A stretch of DNA of 62,099 nucleotides from Gemmatimonadota bacterium. Its GTDB lineage: Bacteria > Gemmatimonadota > Gemmatimonadetes > Gemmatimonadales > Gemmatimonadaceae. Below the pieces are notes generated by a model. The model saw nothing but the letters and a program-made list of their open reading frames with translations. It did no database searches and was not told where the DNA came from. This document shows, piece by piece, positions 1 through 10,066 of the stretch. The stretch covers positions 1 to 62,099 of the forward strand of contig JAGWRB010000044.1 of the NCBI GenBank assembly GCA_028876725.1, in the 5' to 3' direction. Position 1 is the stretch's first letter. Every line of letters begins with the position of its first letter. Position numbers and translations under genes: made by a program.

Positions 1-6
1 ACCGAA

Positions 7-831
7 GTGCAAGGAAATTCTTCCTGGGCCCCGCCAGGCGGCACCCTGGGGACAATCGTCGAACAGACGATGGAACGGGTGATTACGTTGCGCATCCACC
101 GGCGGCAGCTCGAGGCCGAGGCGGAGGCACAGGCCGGCGCGCCCCCGTTTGCCTCCGCGCTCCGCGGCGACACCGTCCGCGTGATTGCGGAGCTCAAGCG
201 GCGCTCCCCGTCGAAGGGCGCGATCAACGAAGCGCTCAGCGCTCCGGACCAGGCAGCCGCCTACGCCGCGGGGCGCGCAGCGGCCATCTCCGTGCTCACG
301 GAGCCCCTCCATTTCAACGGGAGCAACGCAGACCTCGAAAGCGTGCGAGGTCGCGTTCGTATTCCATTGTTGAAAAAGGACTTCCACGTCGACGACGTGC
401 AGCTGTTCGAGGCGCGCGCCCTGGGGGCGTCCGCGGCGCTGCTCATTGCCAGAGCACTCGATCCTGCGACCCTGCCGCGCCTGGTCGCGCTTGCCCATCG
501 CGTCGGACTGGAAACGCTGGTCGAAGTCCGCTCTGCCGACGAACTGGCCCGGGCCGTCGACGCCGGTGCATCGGTGATCGGCGTGAACTGCCGCAACCTC
601 GAAACGCTCGAAGTCGACCCCCGCGTGGCCGAGTCGCTGGTGCCACGGGTTCCCGCAGGGATCGTGGCGGTATGGGAGAGCGCGATTGCGTCAGCGGCCG
701 ACGTCGAGCGCGCCGCACGCGCCGGTGCCGACGCCGTGCTCGTGGGCTCCGCGGTGTCCGCGGCGGCGAATCCCGAGCAGGCGGTTCGTGCGCTCACCCA
801 GGTGCCTCGCCGGGCGGGCGTTCGTGGTTGA
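7..831 (+). CDS. trpC: indole-3-glycerol phosphate synthase (TrpC)
   Basis: 274-aa ORF with TrpC hallmarks VIAELKRRSPSKG, ISVLTEPLHFNG and PLLKKDF. The frame is open to the window edge, so the true start could lie upstream of GTG-7. Confidence 0.9.
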   Translation: MQGNSSWAPPGGTLGTIVEQTMERVITLRIHRRQLEAEAEAQAGAPPFASALRGDTVRVIAELKRRSPSKGAINEALSAPDQAAAYAAGRAAAISVLTEPLHFNGSNADLESVRGRVRIPLLKKDFHVDDVQLFEARALGASAALLIARALDPATLPRLVALAHRVGLETLVEVRSADELARAVDAGASVIGVNCRNLETLEVDPRVAESLVPRVPAGIVAVWESAIASAADVERAARAGADAVLVGSAVSAAANPEQAVRALTQVPRRAGVRG

Positions 832-1480
832 GATCAAGTTCTGCGGGGTGACGCGTGCCGCGGACGCGCGCACGGCCGCCGAACTCGGCGCCGACTACGT
901 AGGCGTCGTGTTCGCCGGGGGGCCGCGCCGCCAGGACGCGGCGTCCGCATCGCCCATTTTCGCGGCACTCCCACCGTCCGTTCAGCGAGTGGGGGTCTTC
1001 GGCGTTGACGTCCTCGCGCAGAGCGCCGACCAGGCGAAACGCCTGGGGCTATCGGTGATCCAGTTGCATGGCGATCCAACGGCCGATCAGGTGGCCGCGC
1101 TCCGGGAGCAGTGGAGTGGAAAGATCTGGGCGTCGGTGCGTGTCGTGGGCGCGGAACTTCCGCGGCCCGCGGCGGAATTGTTCGCCGTTGCCGATGCGGT
1201 ATTGTTGGAGGCCAAGGTCGAGGGTGCGCTCGGCGGAACCGGGGTCGCGCTCGACTGGCGGGCGGTGGCCGACGCCGTGGCGAGCCTCCGTCGCGGGGAC
1301 CACGCGCGCCTGGTGCTCGCCGGCGGGTTGAAGCCCGAGAACGTGGCGGAGGCGGTGCGGGTGCTCCGCCCGGACGTCGTGGATGTGTCGTCCGGTATCG
1401 AGGCTCGCGTGGGAATCAAGGATCCGGCGCGCATGCGCGCGTTCCGGGATGCGGTTCGTTCTGGAGAGGACGCACGATGA
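824..1480 (+). CDS. trpF: phosphoribosylanthranilate isomerase (TrpF)
   Basis: In-frame GTG at 824 gives [31 protein letters not shown], a PRAI N-terminus. The 686 start in the ORF track only adds Arg/Pro-rich residues overlapping trpC. The gene overlaps the trpC stop by 8 nt. Confidence 0.85.
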   Translation: MVEIKFCGVTRAADARTAAELGADYVGVVFAGGPRRQDAASASPIFAALPPSVQRVGVFGVDVLAQSADQAKRLGLSVIQLHGDPTADQVAALREQWSGKIWASVRVVGAELPRPAAELFAVADAVLLEAKVEGALGGTGVALDWRAVADAVASLRRGDHARLVLAGGLKPENVAEAVRVLRPDVVDVSSGIEARVGIKDPARMRAFRDAVRSGEDAR

Positions 1481-2664
1481 CGGTAGAGCAGGCAAACCAC
1501 CGATTTGGGGCCTTCGGCGGGCGCTACGTGCCCGAGACGCTGATCCCGGCGCTCGACGAGCTGGAGGCTGCGTTCGACGAGGCGATGGCCGACGCCGAAT
1601 TCCGGCGTGAGCTCGACACGATGCTGGCCGATTACGTCGGGCGCCCCTCGCCGCTGAGCGACGCGCCGCGATTCTCGCAGCGCGTGGGGGCGCGCGTGCT
1701 GCTCAAGCGCGAGGACCTGAATCACACGGGCGCGCACAAGATCAACAACACGGTCGGGCAGGCGCTGCTCGCCCGGCGCATGGGCAAGCAGCGCATCATC
1801 GCCGAAACGGGAGCGGGGCAGCACGGCGTGGCCACCGCCACCGTATGCGCGCGCTTTGGCCTCGAGTGCGTGGTGTACATGGGCGAGGAAGACATGCGGC
1901 GCCAGGCGCTGAACGTCTACCGCATGCGCCTCATGGGGGCCGAAGTCGTGCCCGTCTCGAGTGGCACGCGCACGCTCAAGGATGCAACCACGGAAGCGAT
2001 TCGTGATTGGGTGACCACGGTGCGCACCAGCCATTACATCATCGGCTCGGTGGTGGGGCCGGCGCCGTATCCGCGGATGGTGCGCGATTTCCAGGCGGTG
2101 ATCGGGCGCGAGGCGCGGGCCCAGATGCTGGAGCGGACGGGCGGGCTGCCGACCACGGTGGTGGCCTGCGTGGGCGGCGGATCCAACGCCATCGGCATCT
2201 TCCACGCGTTCGTGGGTGATGCCGCGGTCGAGCTGGTCGGTGTCGAAGCCGCCGGGGAAGGGCTCGAGACGGGTCGCCACTCGGCGTCGTTGGCGGCGGG
2301 CAAACCCGGGGTGTTGCATGGAACCCTGAGCTATCTCCTGCAGGACGCCTCGGGGCAGGTGCATCCGGCGCACTCGATTTCCGCCGGTTTGGACTATCCG
2401 GGGGTGGGGCCGGAGCACGCGCATCTCAAGGATTCCGGCCGGGCGACGTACGTTTCCGTGACCGACGATCAGGCCCTCCGAGGGTTCGAAACATTATCCC
2501 GGCTGGAGGGGATAATCCCGGCGCTGGAGTCGGCCCATGCGGTGGCGTGGGTCGAGTCCCAAGTGGGCCGTTGGTCGCGAGATGCGACCATTCTCCTGTG
2601 CGTCAGCGGCCGCGGCGACAAGGATGTGGCGCAAGTTATGGAAAAGGGTATCTTGGGGGCGTGA
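1477..2664 (+). CDS. trpB: tryptophan synthase beta chain (TrpB)
   Basis: ATG 1477 (ATGA overlap with the trpF stop) gives [22 protein letters not shown]. Contains the PLP-lysine motif HTGAHKINN and GGGSNAIG. Total 395 aa. Confidence 0.95.
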   Translation: MTVEQANHRFGAFGGRYVPETLIPALDELEAAFDEAMADAEFRRELDTMLADYVGRPSPLSDAPRFSQRVGARVLLKREDLNHTGAHKINNTVGQALLARRMGKQRIIAETGAGQHGVATATVCARFGLECVVYMGEEDMRRQALNVYRMRLMGAEVVPVSSGTRTLKDATTEAIRDWVTTVRTSHYIIGSVVGPAPYPRMVRDFQAVIGREARAQMLERTGGLPTTVVACVGGGSNAIGIFHAFVGDAAVELVGVEAAGEGLETGRHSASLAAGKPGVLHGTLSYLLQDASGQVHPAHSISAGLDYPGVGPEHAHLKDSGRATYVSVTDDQALRGFETLSRLEGIIPALESAHAVAWVESQVGRWSRDATILLCVSGRGDKDVAQVMEKGILGA

Positions 2665-4379
2665 CCGCACCGATCCAGCGATCCAGCAAAGAGCAGGCGG
2701 AGCTGCCTGAGCTTCCGTTCCCGAGCACGCCGGTTGAGGAACTGCTCCGGGCGTTCGTGAAGGCCCTCCGCGCGCACCAGCTGTATCTCCCCAACAATCC
2801 GATCTACAAGGCCGCCATCGACTCCGTGCGGAGCGCCTTCGTGCCGGTCTGGGACGAGACCGACGAGCTGGTGTTCACGTTCAGCGAAACGGCCGTGCTC
2901 TGGTACGGGTATCCGGTGCAGCAGGAGAGCACCAAATCCGCCGACAGCCTGCCCTGGCTGTTCTACAAAGACGGGGTGCGCGAGCTCACGATTCAGAAGG
3001 GGTTCGAGGACGAGGAACTCGTCCAGCTCCTGAGCATTCTGCAGCGCGCCCGGAAGGCGGCGGCCGACGACGACGACCTCCTGGCGATGCTCTGGGAAGC
3101 GGACTTCGTCAACCTCCGCTACCGCTACGTGGACCTCGGGCTGGAGCCCGCGGCCCCGCTGGAAGACGGCGGACTTCCCCCGCGCCCGCTGTCGCCCGAC
3201 GAAGTGCGGACCGCGAACACGGGCAACGCCGAAGAGAGCACGGAGGAATCGCCGAGCGGTGTCGTGAACATGGCCGACTTCGACTCGACGCTGTACTTCC
3301 TGGACGAGCACGAAATCGAGTACCTGCAGGGGGAGATCGAGCGCGAGTACGCCACCGACCTTCGCCAGACGATCGCCGCGACGCTGCTCGACATCTACGA
3401 GGCGCAGACCGATGAAGCCGTGCGTGGCGAGGTGGCCGACCTCGTCGAGACGCTGATGCTGTACCTCCTGGCCGGCGGGCACCTGAGCACGGTGGCGTAC
3501 TTGCTGCGCGAGGGACAGGTGGCTGCGACGCGCGGGCGCGAGGTGTCGCCCGAGCAGGCGGCGCGCGTGCGAGACATTCCCGCTCGGCTGAGCCACCCGG
3601 AACCGCTGGGCCAGTTGCTGCAGGCGCTCGATGAGAGCACCGAGCTGCCGCCGGTCAACGATCTCACCGAGCTGTTCGAGCAGCTTCGCCCCGAAGCGTT
3701 GGGAACGATTTTCGCCTGGCTTGGCCGTCTGCAGAATCAGCGCCTGCGCCCGATGCTCGAGCAGGCGGCGGCGCGGCTCACGGCGGCCAACACCGGCGAA
3801 CTGGTGAAGCTCATTCAGTCGGAAGACCGCAGCGTGGCGCTCGAGGCGGTGCGCCGCTGCGGCGCGCTCAAGATCCAGGCCGGCGTGTCGGCCATCGGAC
3901 GCGCGATGACGGCGGCCGATCCCGAAATGCGGCTCGCCTGTGTCCAGGCGCTGGGAGAGATCGGCTCGGCGGGCGCGTTGCAGACGCTGGAACCGTGGGT
4001 GGCCGACGGCGACCGCGACACGCGGGTGACGGCGGTGCGGCTGCTGGCCACGCGCGGGTACCGCCCCGTGCTGAGTCGCGTGGACGCGGCGGTGAAGGGG
4101 AAGGCGCTGCGCGAGGCGGATCTCACCGAGAAGGTCGCGTTCTTCGAAGCGTTCGGCATGCTGGCGGGAGACACCGGCGTGTCGTATCTCGACGGGATTC
4201 TGAACGGCAAGGGATTCCTGGGGCGGCGCGAGGATCCCGAAGTGCGGGCGTGCGCGGCGATGGCGCTGGGGAGAATCAACACGGCGTCGGCGCACGAGAG
4301 CCTGCGCAAGGCGCAATCGGAGAAGGACGTCGTGGTGCGGAACGCGGTGAACAAGGCGATGCGCGGGGGGGCGGGATGA
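2661..4379 (+). CDS. HEAT-repeat protein with an uncharacterised N-terminal domain
   Basis: GTG 2661 overlaps the trpB stop (GTGA). The C-terminal half has repeated HEAT/PBS-lyase-like units: [46 protein letters not shown] and [10 protein letters not shown]. The N-terminal ~130 aa resembles the N-terminus of the next gene. Confidence 0.7.
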   Translation: MTAPIQRSSKEQAELPELPFPSTPVEELLRAFVKALRAHQLYLPNNPIYKAAIDSVRSAFVPVWDETDELVFTFSETAVLWYGYPVQQESTKSADSLPWLFYKDGVRELTIQKGFEDEELVQLLSILQRARKAAADDDDLLAMLWEADFVNLRYRYVDLGLEPAAPLEDGGLPPRPLSPDEVRTANTGNAEESTEESPSGVVNMADFDSTLYFLDEHEIEYLQGEIEREYATDLRQTIAATLLDIYEAQTDEAVRGEVADLVETLMLYLLAGGHLSTVAYLLREGQVAATRGREVSPEQAARVRDIPARLSHPEPLGQLLQALDESTELPPVNDLTELFEQLRPEALGTIFAWLGRLQNQRLRPMLEQAAARLTAANTGELVKLIQSEDRSVALEAVRRCGALKIQAGVSAIGRAMTAADPEMRLACVQALGEIGSAGALQTLEPWVADGDRDTRVTAVRLLATRGYRPVLSRVDAAVKGKALREADLTEKVAFFEAFGMLAGDTGVSYLDGILNGKGFLGRREDPEVRACAAMALGRINTASAHESLRKAQSEKDVVVRNAVNKAMRGGAG

Positions 4380-5911
4380 CGCCGGACGAACCGACGACCG
4401 AGAGCGGCCGGCCCACGCCCACGGCGACGCGCGCCACGCAGGCGCTGTCGCGGGCGACGATGCAGATGTCCGCGCAGGGGAGCGAGGCCGACCGGAGCGA
4501 CGACTCGTTCGTCCGCCGCGCGGGACGCGATCTGATTCGCGACTTCTACGCCGCGCTGCGGGCGATCAAGCTGTACCCGGTGGAGAACGCGGCGGTGCAG
4601 AAGGCGCTGACCGAACTCGCCTCGACGGCCCAGCAGATTCTGACCGAGGAGCAGGAACTGCAGCTCCGGGCGTCGGGCGAGTTCATCTTCGTGAACGCGA
4701 TCCGCCTGCGCATCGATCTCGACAACTACGCCAGCTTCAGCCACATCATTTCGATGTTCCGCGGCAACGGCGCGGGATCGCTCCAGGTGCACGAGGGCGC
4801 GACGCCCAGGGACTGGATGATCCTGCTGTCGGTGCTGCAGACGCTAACCCAGGAGCCGCCGGAACAGCGGCTCCTGACGGTGTCCGGCAAGCTCGAGAGC
4901 GCCGGCGTGACGGCGTTCACCCTCGGACCGCCGACGGATCAGGCGTCGGGTGACACCGAAAAGGCCAAGGAGCGCGCCAAGCGCACCTATTCGCAGTCGG
5001 TGGTCGTGGCCAAGGACCTGATGACGTCCGTGCGTCTGGGCAAGAGCCCGAACATCAAGAAGATCAAGCGCGTCGTGCAGGGGATCGTGGATCAGATCCT
5101 GAACGAGGAGACCTCGCTCATCGGGCTGACGTCCATTCGGGACTACGACGAGTACACGTTCACGCACAGCGTCAACGTCTGCATCTTCTCGGTGGCGATC
5201 GGCAAACGCCTCGGCCTCACCAAGATCCAGCTCTACGATCTCGGCCTGGCCGCGCTCTTTCACGACATCGGCAAGCAGCGCGTACCGTCGGAAGTGCTGA
5301 ACAAGTCGGGCGGTCTCACCGACGACGAGTGGCGGCTCATCGCCGCGCATCCCTGGCTGGGCGTGCTGGCGCTGTTCCAGGTGCGGGGCCAGCAGGAATT
5401 TCCGTACCGGGCCATGGTGGTCGCCATGGAGCACCACATGAAGACCGACCTGACCGGCTATCCGCGCCCCATCAGGCCGCGGAAGATGAGCATGTACAGC
5501 AAGATCGTGGCCGTGGCCGATGGCTTCGACGCGGCCACGTCGCGGCGTTCGTACCAGACCACGCCCCTCAATCCGGCGATGGTCATGCAGGAAATGCGCG
5601 ACAATCCGCGCCGCGGCATGGACCCGGTGCTCGTCAAAGCGTTCGTGAATCTCACGGGCATCTATCCGGTGGGCACACTGGTGGTGCTCGACACCTTCGA
5701 GCTGGGCATCGTGCACGCGGTGAATCCGCTGGCGGAGATGCTCTCGCGCCCCATCGTCCGCGTGATCAGCGACCCCATGGGGAATTTGGTGCACCCGGGC
5801 GAGATCATCGACCTCGCGGATCGCGACGCCGAGGGCAACTTCCGGCGCACGATCATCAAGACTGAAAACCCGGAGCGGTACGGCATTCGTGTCGGCGACT
5901 ATTTCATCTGA
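4376..5911 (+). CDS. HD-GYP domain protein (putative cyclic-di-GMP phosphodiesterase)
   Basis: ATG 4376 overlaps the HEAT-protein stop (ATGA). Motifs present: THSVNV, LFHDIGK, AAHPWLG, MEHHMKTDLTGYP and VADGFDA. Confidence 0.8.
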   Translation: MTPDEPTTESGRPTPTATRATQALSRATMQMSAQGSEADRSDDSFVRRAGRDLIRDFYAALRAIKLYPVENAAVQKALTELASTAQQILTEEQELQLRASGEFIFVNAIRLRIDLDNYASFSHIISMFRGNGAGSLQVHEGATPRDWMILLSVLQTLTQEPPEQRLLTVSGKLESAGVTAFTLGPPTDQASGDTEKAKERAKRTYSQSVVVAKDLMTSVRLGKSPNIKKIKRVVQGIVDQILNEETSLIGLTSIRDYDEYTFTHSVNVCIFSVAIGKRLGLTKIQLYDLGLAALFHDIGKQRVPSEVLNKSGGLTDDEWRLIAAHPWLGVLALFQVRGQQEFPYRAMVVAMEHHMKTDLTGYPRPIRPRKMSMYSKIVAVADGFDAATSRRSYQTTPLNPAMVMQEMRDNPRRGMDPVLVKAFVNLTGIYPVGTLVVLDTFELGIVHAVNPLAEMLSRPIVRVISDPMGNLVHPGEIIDLADRDAEGNFRRTIIKTENPERYGIRVGDYFI

Positions 5912-6680
5912 AGCCATCGGGGCGCGGTTTGCCGCGCTCAGAGCCAAGGGACGCAGGGCCCTGGTTCCGTACGTCACCGCGGGGCACCCCGACCGCGCCG
6001 CGTCGGTGGCGCTGCTGCAGGGGCTGGCGTCGGCGGGCGCCGACGTGATCGAGGTGGGCGTTCCGTTTTCCGATCCGCTGGCCGACGGGCCCGTGATCCA
6101 GGCGAGCTCACAGCGCGCCCTCGCGCTCGGGACGACCTTCGACACGGTGCTGGAGATCATCGCCGAGGCGGCGGTGCCGGTGCCCATCGTGCTGTTCAGC
6201 TATCTGAACCCGCTCCTTGCGGCCGGATCCGATGCGCTGTCGCGCGCGGCCGAAGCGGGCGCGCACGGGGTGCTGGTCACGGATCTTCCGGTGGGCGCCG
6301 ACCCCGAACGCGAGCGCTGGTTGGGCGAGAGTGCGCTGGCCTTCATCCGGCTCGTGGCCCCGACCACGCCGCGGGAGCGGATGCGCGAGATCGCGACGCA
6401 CGGAAGCGGGTTCGTGTATCTGATCAGCCGCCTCGGCGTCACGGGCGTGCGCGACGAGCTCCCGCCGGAGCTGCCGGAGACGGTGGCGCGGCTGCGCGAG
6501 GTGACCACGCTGCCCATTGCGGTCGGATTCGGTGTCGCGACACCGGAGCAGGCCGCGAGCGTCGCGCGCCTGGCCGACGGCGTCGTGGTGGGCAGCGCCA
6601 TCGTCCGCGCCGCCGAGCAGGGCGTGGACGCGGCCGTGCGATTCGCCGCCTCGCTGCGGGCGTCTATCGACGCGGCGTAG
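5889..6680 (+). CDS. trpA: tryptophan synthase alpha chain (TrpA)
   Basis: 263 aa with [29 protein letters not shown] and [16 protein letters not shown] 5889 is the only in-frame start before the conserved N-terminus. It overlaps the HD-GYP gene by 23 nt. Confidence 0.9.
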   Translation: MSATISSEAIGARFAALRAKGRRALVPYVTAGHPDRAASVALLQGLASAGADVIEVGVPFSDPLADGPVIQASSQRALALGTTFDTVLEIIAEAAVPVPIVLFSYLNPLLAAGSDALSRAAEAGAHGVLVTDLPVGADPERERWLGESALAFIRLVAPTTPRERMREIATHGSGFVYLISRLGVTGVRDELPPELPETVARLREVTTLPIAVGFGVATPEQAASVARLADGVVVGSAIVRAAEQGVDAAVRFAASLRASIDAA

Positions 6681-6681
6681 C

Positions 6682-8760
6682 GTGTCGTTTTTCCTGCGGA
6701 TCTACGCGCGGACGCTCGGCACGCTGGGCATGCTGGCGCTGGCGGCCGCGCTGGCGCACGATCCGCGGTGGCTGACCGAGGGCTACGGCATCGCCGTCGT
6801 CTTCGCCGCGGGCGTGGTGCTCCGGGTCTATCAGATCCCGCTCACGAAGTACGGCGCGCTGAATCTGCTCGCGGTGCCGGCGGTGGCGGGCGCCGTCGTG
6901 ATCGGCGGGCCGGCGACGGCGGCGGCGCTCTACGCGAGCCTCGTGCTGGCCGACCGTGTGATCCTGCGCAAGCCGCTCGAATCGGCGTGGATCAACGGCG
7001 GGCGCGAGGTGCTGGCCCTGCTGTCGGCGATGGGCTTCTACGCCTGGTCCACGCGCTTGATCGGCGCCGGCGGCACCACGCTCACCGCCGACAACATTCC
7101 GGCGCTCACGCTGCTGTTGTTTGCGTATTTCCTGATCAGCCGCGCGCTCCTGTACTTCACGCTCATCTTCCGCGACAAGCTGCTGGAAGAGGAGAAGTCG
7201 CTGATCCTGCGGTACGAGGTGATCGGCTTCGGCGCAGGCGCCATTGCCGTCGCCGTCATCATCGTGACCGTCACCGAGCTGGGGCCGGCGGGCTGGGTCG
7301 TGATCGCCATGGTGCTGGGGCTCGGGGGGCTGCTGCTCAAGCGGATCCTGGAAGAAGCGGTCGCCGCGGAAGAGTTGAACAAGATTCTCGCGATGGAGCA
7401 GGTCGTGTCGTCCGACGTCGCGCTGTCCGACGCGTTCCGCCGCATCGAGGCGCTGGCGCACCGGCTGGTGGACTGGCGGTCGTTCAGCATCTACCGCCTG
7501 CAGGGCGATCAGCTGTCGCTCGTCTGGAACCAGGCCGCCGGCGCGGTCGACGGCGCGGAGCCGGTGTCGGTGCTCGACCATTCGCTCCGTCGGACGGCGC
7601 TGGCCGAGGGGCAGCCGGTGATCGTGGGCGATGCGCACCGCGATCCACGGGTGGATCGCGCCCGCGGCAACGTGGAGAGCATGGCGGTGATTCCGCTGCG
7701 CTTCGGCGACCGGAACGTGGGGCTGCTGGAGCTCGAGCACCACAAGCGGAACGCGTACTCGCTGAAGGAGGTCGGCCTCATTCGCCGCTTCGCGAACCAG
7801 CTCGCCACCACGCTGCACATTCACGACCTGCGGCAGCCGCTGCTGGAAGCGATGACGCGCGTCAGCTCGCAGCTCGACACGCTCACGGAGTCGGCCCGGG
7901 CGCTGCGCACGGGCGGCGAGAGCGTGGCGCGAACGATCACCGACATCGGGCGCGGCGTCGTGGAGGAGAACGAGCAGGTCGACCGGAGCCTGGAGGCGAC
8001 CACGGCGCTGCACGAAGCCACGGCCGAGGTCGCCCGCGACGGAAACGCCGCGGCGCAGGCCAGCCAGCAGGCCACCGAGATCGCCGCCGAGCACCGGCTG
8101 ACCATCGCCACGGCCATCGAGCGCCTCATCAATGCCAAGGGGTTCGTGGGCGAGAGCGCGGAGCAGGTGGAGGCGCTGGCGCAGGCCACGCGGCGTATTA
8201 CGGAATTCATCAGCGTCATTCGGGCGCTCGCCGACCAGACCAACCTCCTGGCGCTGAACGCCGCCATCGAGGCGGCGCGCGCGGGCGAGCAGGGGCAGGG
8301 TTTCGCGGTGGTGGCCGACGAGGTCCGGAAACTCGCCGAGCAGAGTGCGGGTGCCGCCGACGACGCCAGCGACGTGCTGCTGGGGTTCGAGGAGCAGATG
8401 CGCCGCGTGGCGCTGCAGATGGGGCGCGGCCAGGCCATCGTGAGCGACGCGGAGTCACTCTCGGAGTCGGCGCGCGCGGCGCTCGACCTCATCGTCGACG
8501 CGACGGCCGCGGCGGCGGCCGGGGCCCAGCGCATCGCGCGCACCTCGCGCGACCAGGAGCTGGAGTTCGGACGGCTGCGCGAGCGCGTGGCCCGCATCGC
8601 CGTCATTTCGCAGCACAACCGGGCCGGCGCGCAAACCGTCACGGCGTCGGCCAAGGATCAGGCCGCGGCGCTGCGGGAACTCGAGGGCGCCACGCAGGAG
8701 CTCCGCGCCGTCGCGGTGTACCTCAGCGAGCTCACGCACCGCATTACGAGCGTTTCCTGA
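6682..8760 (+). CDS. multi-TM GAF-domain protein with a methyl-accepting chemotaxis (MA) signalling domain
   Basis: GTG 6682 lies one nt after the trpA stop. The N-terminal ~270 aa are hydrophobic with several predicted TM helices. The middle region is GAF-like ([33 protein letters not shown]). The C-terminus has the MCP hairpin core [34 protein letters not shown]. Confidence 0.8.
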   Translation: MSFFLRIYARTLGTLGMLALAAALAHDPRWLTEGYGIAVVFAAGVVLRVYQIPLTKYGALNLLAVPAVAGAVVIGGPATAAALYASLVLADRVILRKPLESAWINGGREVLALLSAMGFYAWSTRLIGAGGTTLTADNIPALTLLLFAYFLISRALLYFTLIFRDKLLEEEKSLILRYEVIGFGAGAIAVAVIIVTVTELGPAGWVVIAMVLGLGGLLLKRILEEAVAAEELNKILAMEQVVSSDVALSDAFRRIEALAHRLVDWRSFSIYRLQGDQLSLVWNQAAGAVDGAEPVSVLDHSLRRTALAEGQPVIVGDAHRDPRVDRARGNVESMAVIPLRFGDRNVGLLELEHHKRNAYSLKEVGLIRRFANQLATTLHIHDLRQPLLEAMTRVSSQLDTLTESARALRTGGESVARTITDIGRGVVEENEQVDRSLEATTALHEATAEVARDGNAAAQASQQATEIAAEHRLTIATAIERLINAKGFVGESAEQVEALAQATRRITEFISVIRALADQTNLLALNAAIEAARAGEQGQGFAVVADEVRKLAEQSAGAADDASDVLLGFEEQMRRVALQMGRGQAIVSDAESLSESARAALDLIVDATAAAAAGAQRIARTSRDQELEFGRLRERVARIAVISQHNRAGAQTVTASAKDQAAALRELEGATQELRAVAVYLSELTHRITSVS

Positions 8761-9116
8761 TGCCCCACCGCCCGCTCGACGCCATCACCCTGCGCGGCAT
8801 GCGCTTCCACGTGCTCGTGGGCATTCTGCCCCACGAACGCGAACACCCGCAGCCGCTCGAGGTCGATCTCGTCTCGTGGATCGCGCCGGGGCACGCGGGG
8901 ATCGTCGACTATCGCGGCCTCCATGCCGCGGCGCGCGACGCCGTCATGGCGTCGCCTCGCGAATATCTCGAGGAGATCGCCGAGCGCGTGGCCGCTGCCG
9001 CGCTGGGGGTCGACGGCGTACGCCGCGTCGACGTGCGCGTGCGCAAACCGAACGTGCCCCTCGGCGCGCCGTTGGACTATGTGGAGGTGGCGATCCACCG
9101 GCCCGTCGATGGGTGA
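8760..9116 (+). CDS. folB: dihydroneopterin aldolase (FolB)
   Basis: 118 aa, [37 protein letters not shown]. The ATG shares one nt with the upstream TGA. Confidence 0.75.
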   Translation: MPHRPLDAITLRGMRFHVLVGILPHEREHPQPLEVDLVSWIAPGHAGIVDYRGLHAAARDAVMASPREYLEEIAERVAAAALGVDGVRRVDVRVRKPNVPLGAPLDYVEVAIHRPVDG

Positions 9117-9525
9117 GGTGGCGTACATCGCGCTGGGCTCGAACCTCGGCGATCGCGAGGCGACGCTCGCCGGCGCCCGCGCCGCGCTCCGGGCCCTTCC
9201 CCAAACGCGCGTGATCGCCGAGACTGCGGTGGAAGAAACCGCGCCGTTTGGCCCGCCGGGCCAACCCCCGTATCTCAACCAGATGATCGCGCTCGAGACC
9301 TCGCTGTCGCCGCACGCCTTGCTGGACGCGCTCCAACGCATCGAACACGACGCGGGGCGGGTTCGCCGCGAGCGCTGGGGGCCGCGCACGCTCGATCTCG
9401 ACATTGTGCGCTACGGTGACCGCACGCTGGCCGACGAACGCCTCACCGTGCCGCACCCCGGCCTGGCGACGCGGGAGTTCTGGCAGCGCGAAGCGGCCGC
9501 GCTCGGCCGGGCGCTCGATGGCTGA
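9109..9525 (+). CDS. folK: 2-amino-4-hydroxy-6-hydroxymethyldihydropteridine pyrophosphokinase (FolK)
   Basis: 138 aa with AYIALGSNLGD, RWGPRTLDLDIV and LTVPHPGL. Overlaps folB by 8 nt. Confidence 0.85.
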   Translation: MGEVAYIALGSNLGDREATLAGARAALRALPQTRVIAETAVEETAPFGPPGQPPYLNQMIALETSLSPHALLDALQRIEHDAGRVRRERWGPRTLDLDIVRYGDRTLADERLTVPHPGLATREFWQREAAALGRALDG

Positions 9526-10066
9526 CCCGCAGCCCGAACTGGCGCTCCCGCGCTGGGCGCAGGTGGGCGAGCGGCGCCGAGGCCACATCGCGCGGGTGAC
9601 GGCGCTGCTCGAACGGTGGGCCGCCGCGCTTGGCGTCGCCGCCGACGAGGCCGCGGCATGGCGCGATGCCGGGCTCTGGCACGACGCGCTGCGAGACGCG
9701 CCCGAGGCGGAGCTCCGCGCACTGGCCGGCGATGCGAGCGGACCGGTGGACGTCCTGCATGGCCCCGCGGCGGCGCGCCGCCTCGAGGAAGAGGGCGAGA
9801 CGCGGCCCGACGTCCTCGCGGCCATTCGGTTTCACACCATCGGCCAGGTGGGGTGGGCCCGCACCGGACGCGCGCTCTATATGGCCGACTTCCTCGAACC
9901 GGGACGTCCGTTCGCTCGCGCCGATCGGGCCTTCCTCGCGGCGCAGGTGCCGCGTGATTTCGACGGCGCGTTCCGACAGGTGGTGCGCGTGCGCATCGAG
10001 TGGGCGCTGCGCGAGGGACACCGGGTGTTCGAGCCCACGATCGCGCTCTGGAATTCGCTGCAATGA
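9518..10066 (+). CDS. HD-domain hydrolase (YqeK-like)
   Basis: 182 aa with RRGHIARV, GLWHDALRD and RFHTIG. Overlaps folK by 8 nt. Confidence 0.55.
   Translation: MADPQPELALPRWAQVGERRRGHIARVTALLERWAAALGVAADEAAAWRDAGLWHDALRDAPEAELRALAGDASGPVDVLHGPAAARRLEEEGETRPDVLAAIRFHTIGQVGWARTGRALYMADFLEPGRPFARADRAFLAAQVPRDFDGAFRQVVRVRIEWALREGHRVFEPTIALWNSLQ

Noticed and set aside
1087-2424. Very long ORFs antisense to, or out of frame with, recognisable genes. Examples: 1087-2424(-), 2469-4316(-), 4844-6187(-), 6664-8094(-), 6768-9116(+), 13757-15679(-), 15375-17555(-), 29181-31127(-), 34677-36386(-), 43912-46224(+), 51162-53492(+) and 55470-57983(+).
   Set aside because: Their products are Arg/Pro/Gly/Ala-rich with no motifs. 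Each fully overlaps a gene that carries clear family signatures. In ~70% GC DNA stop codons are depleted in all frames, so ORF length carries no evidence.
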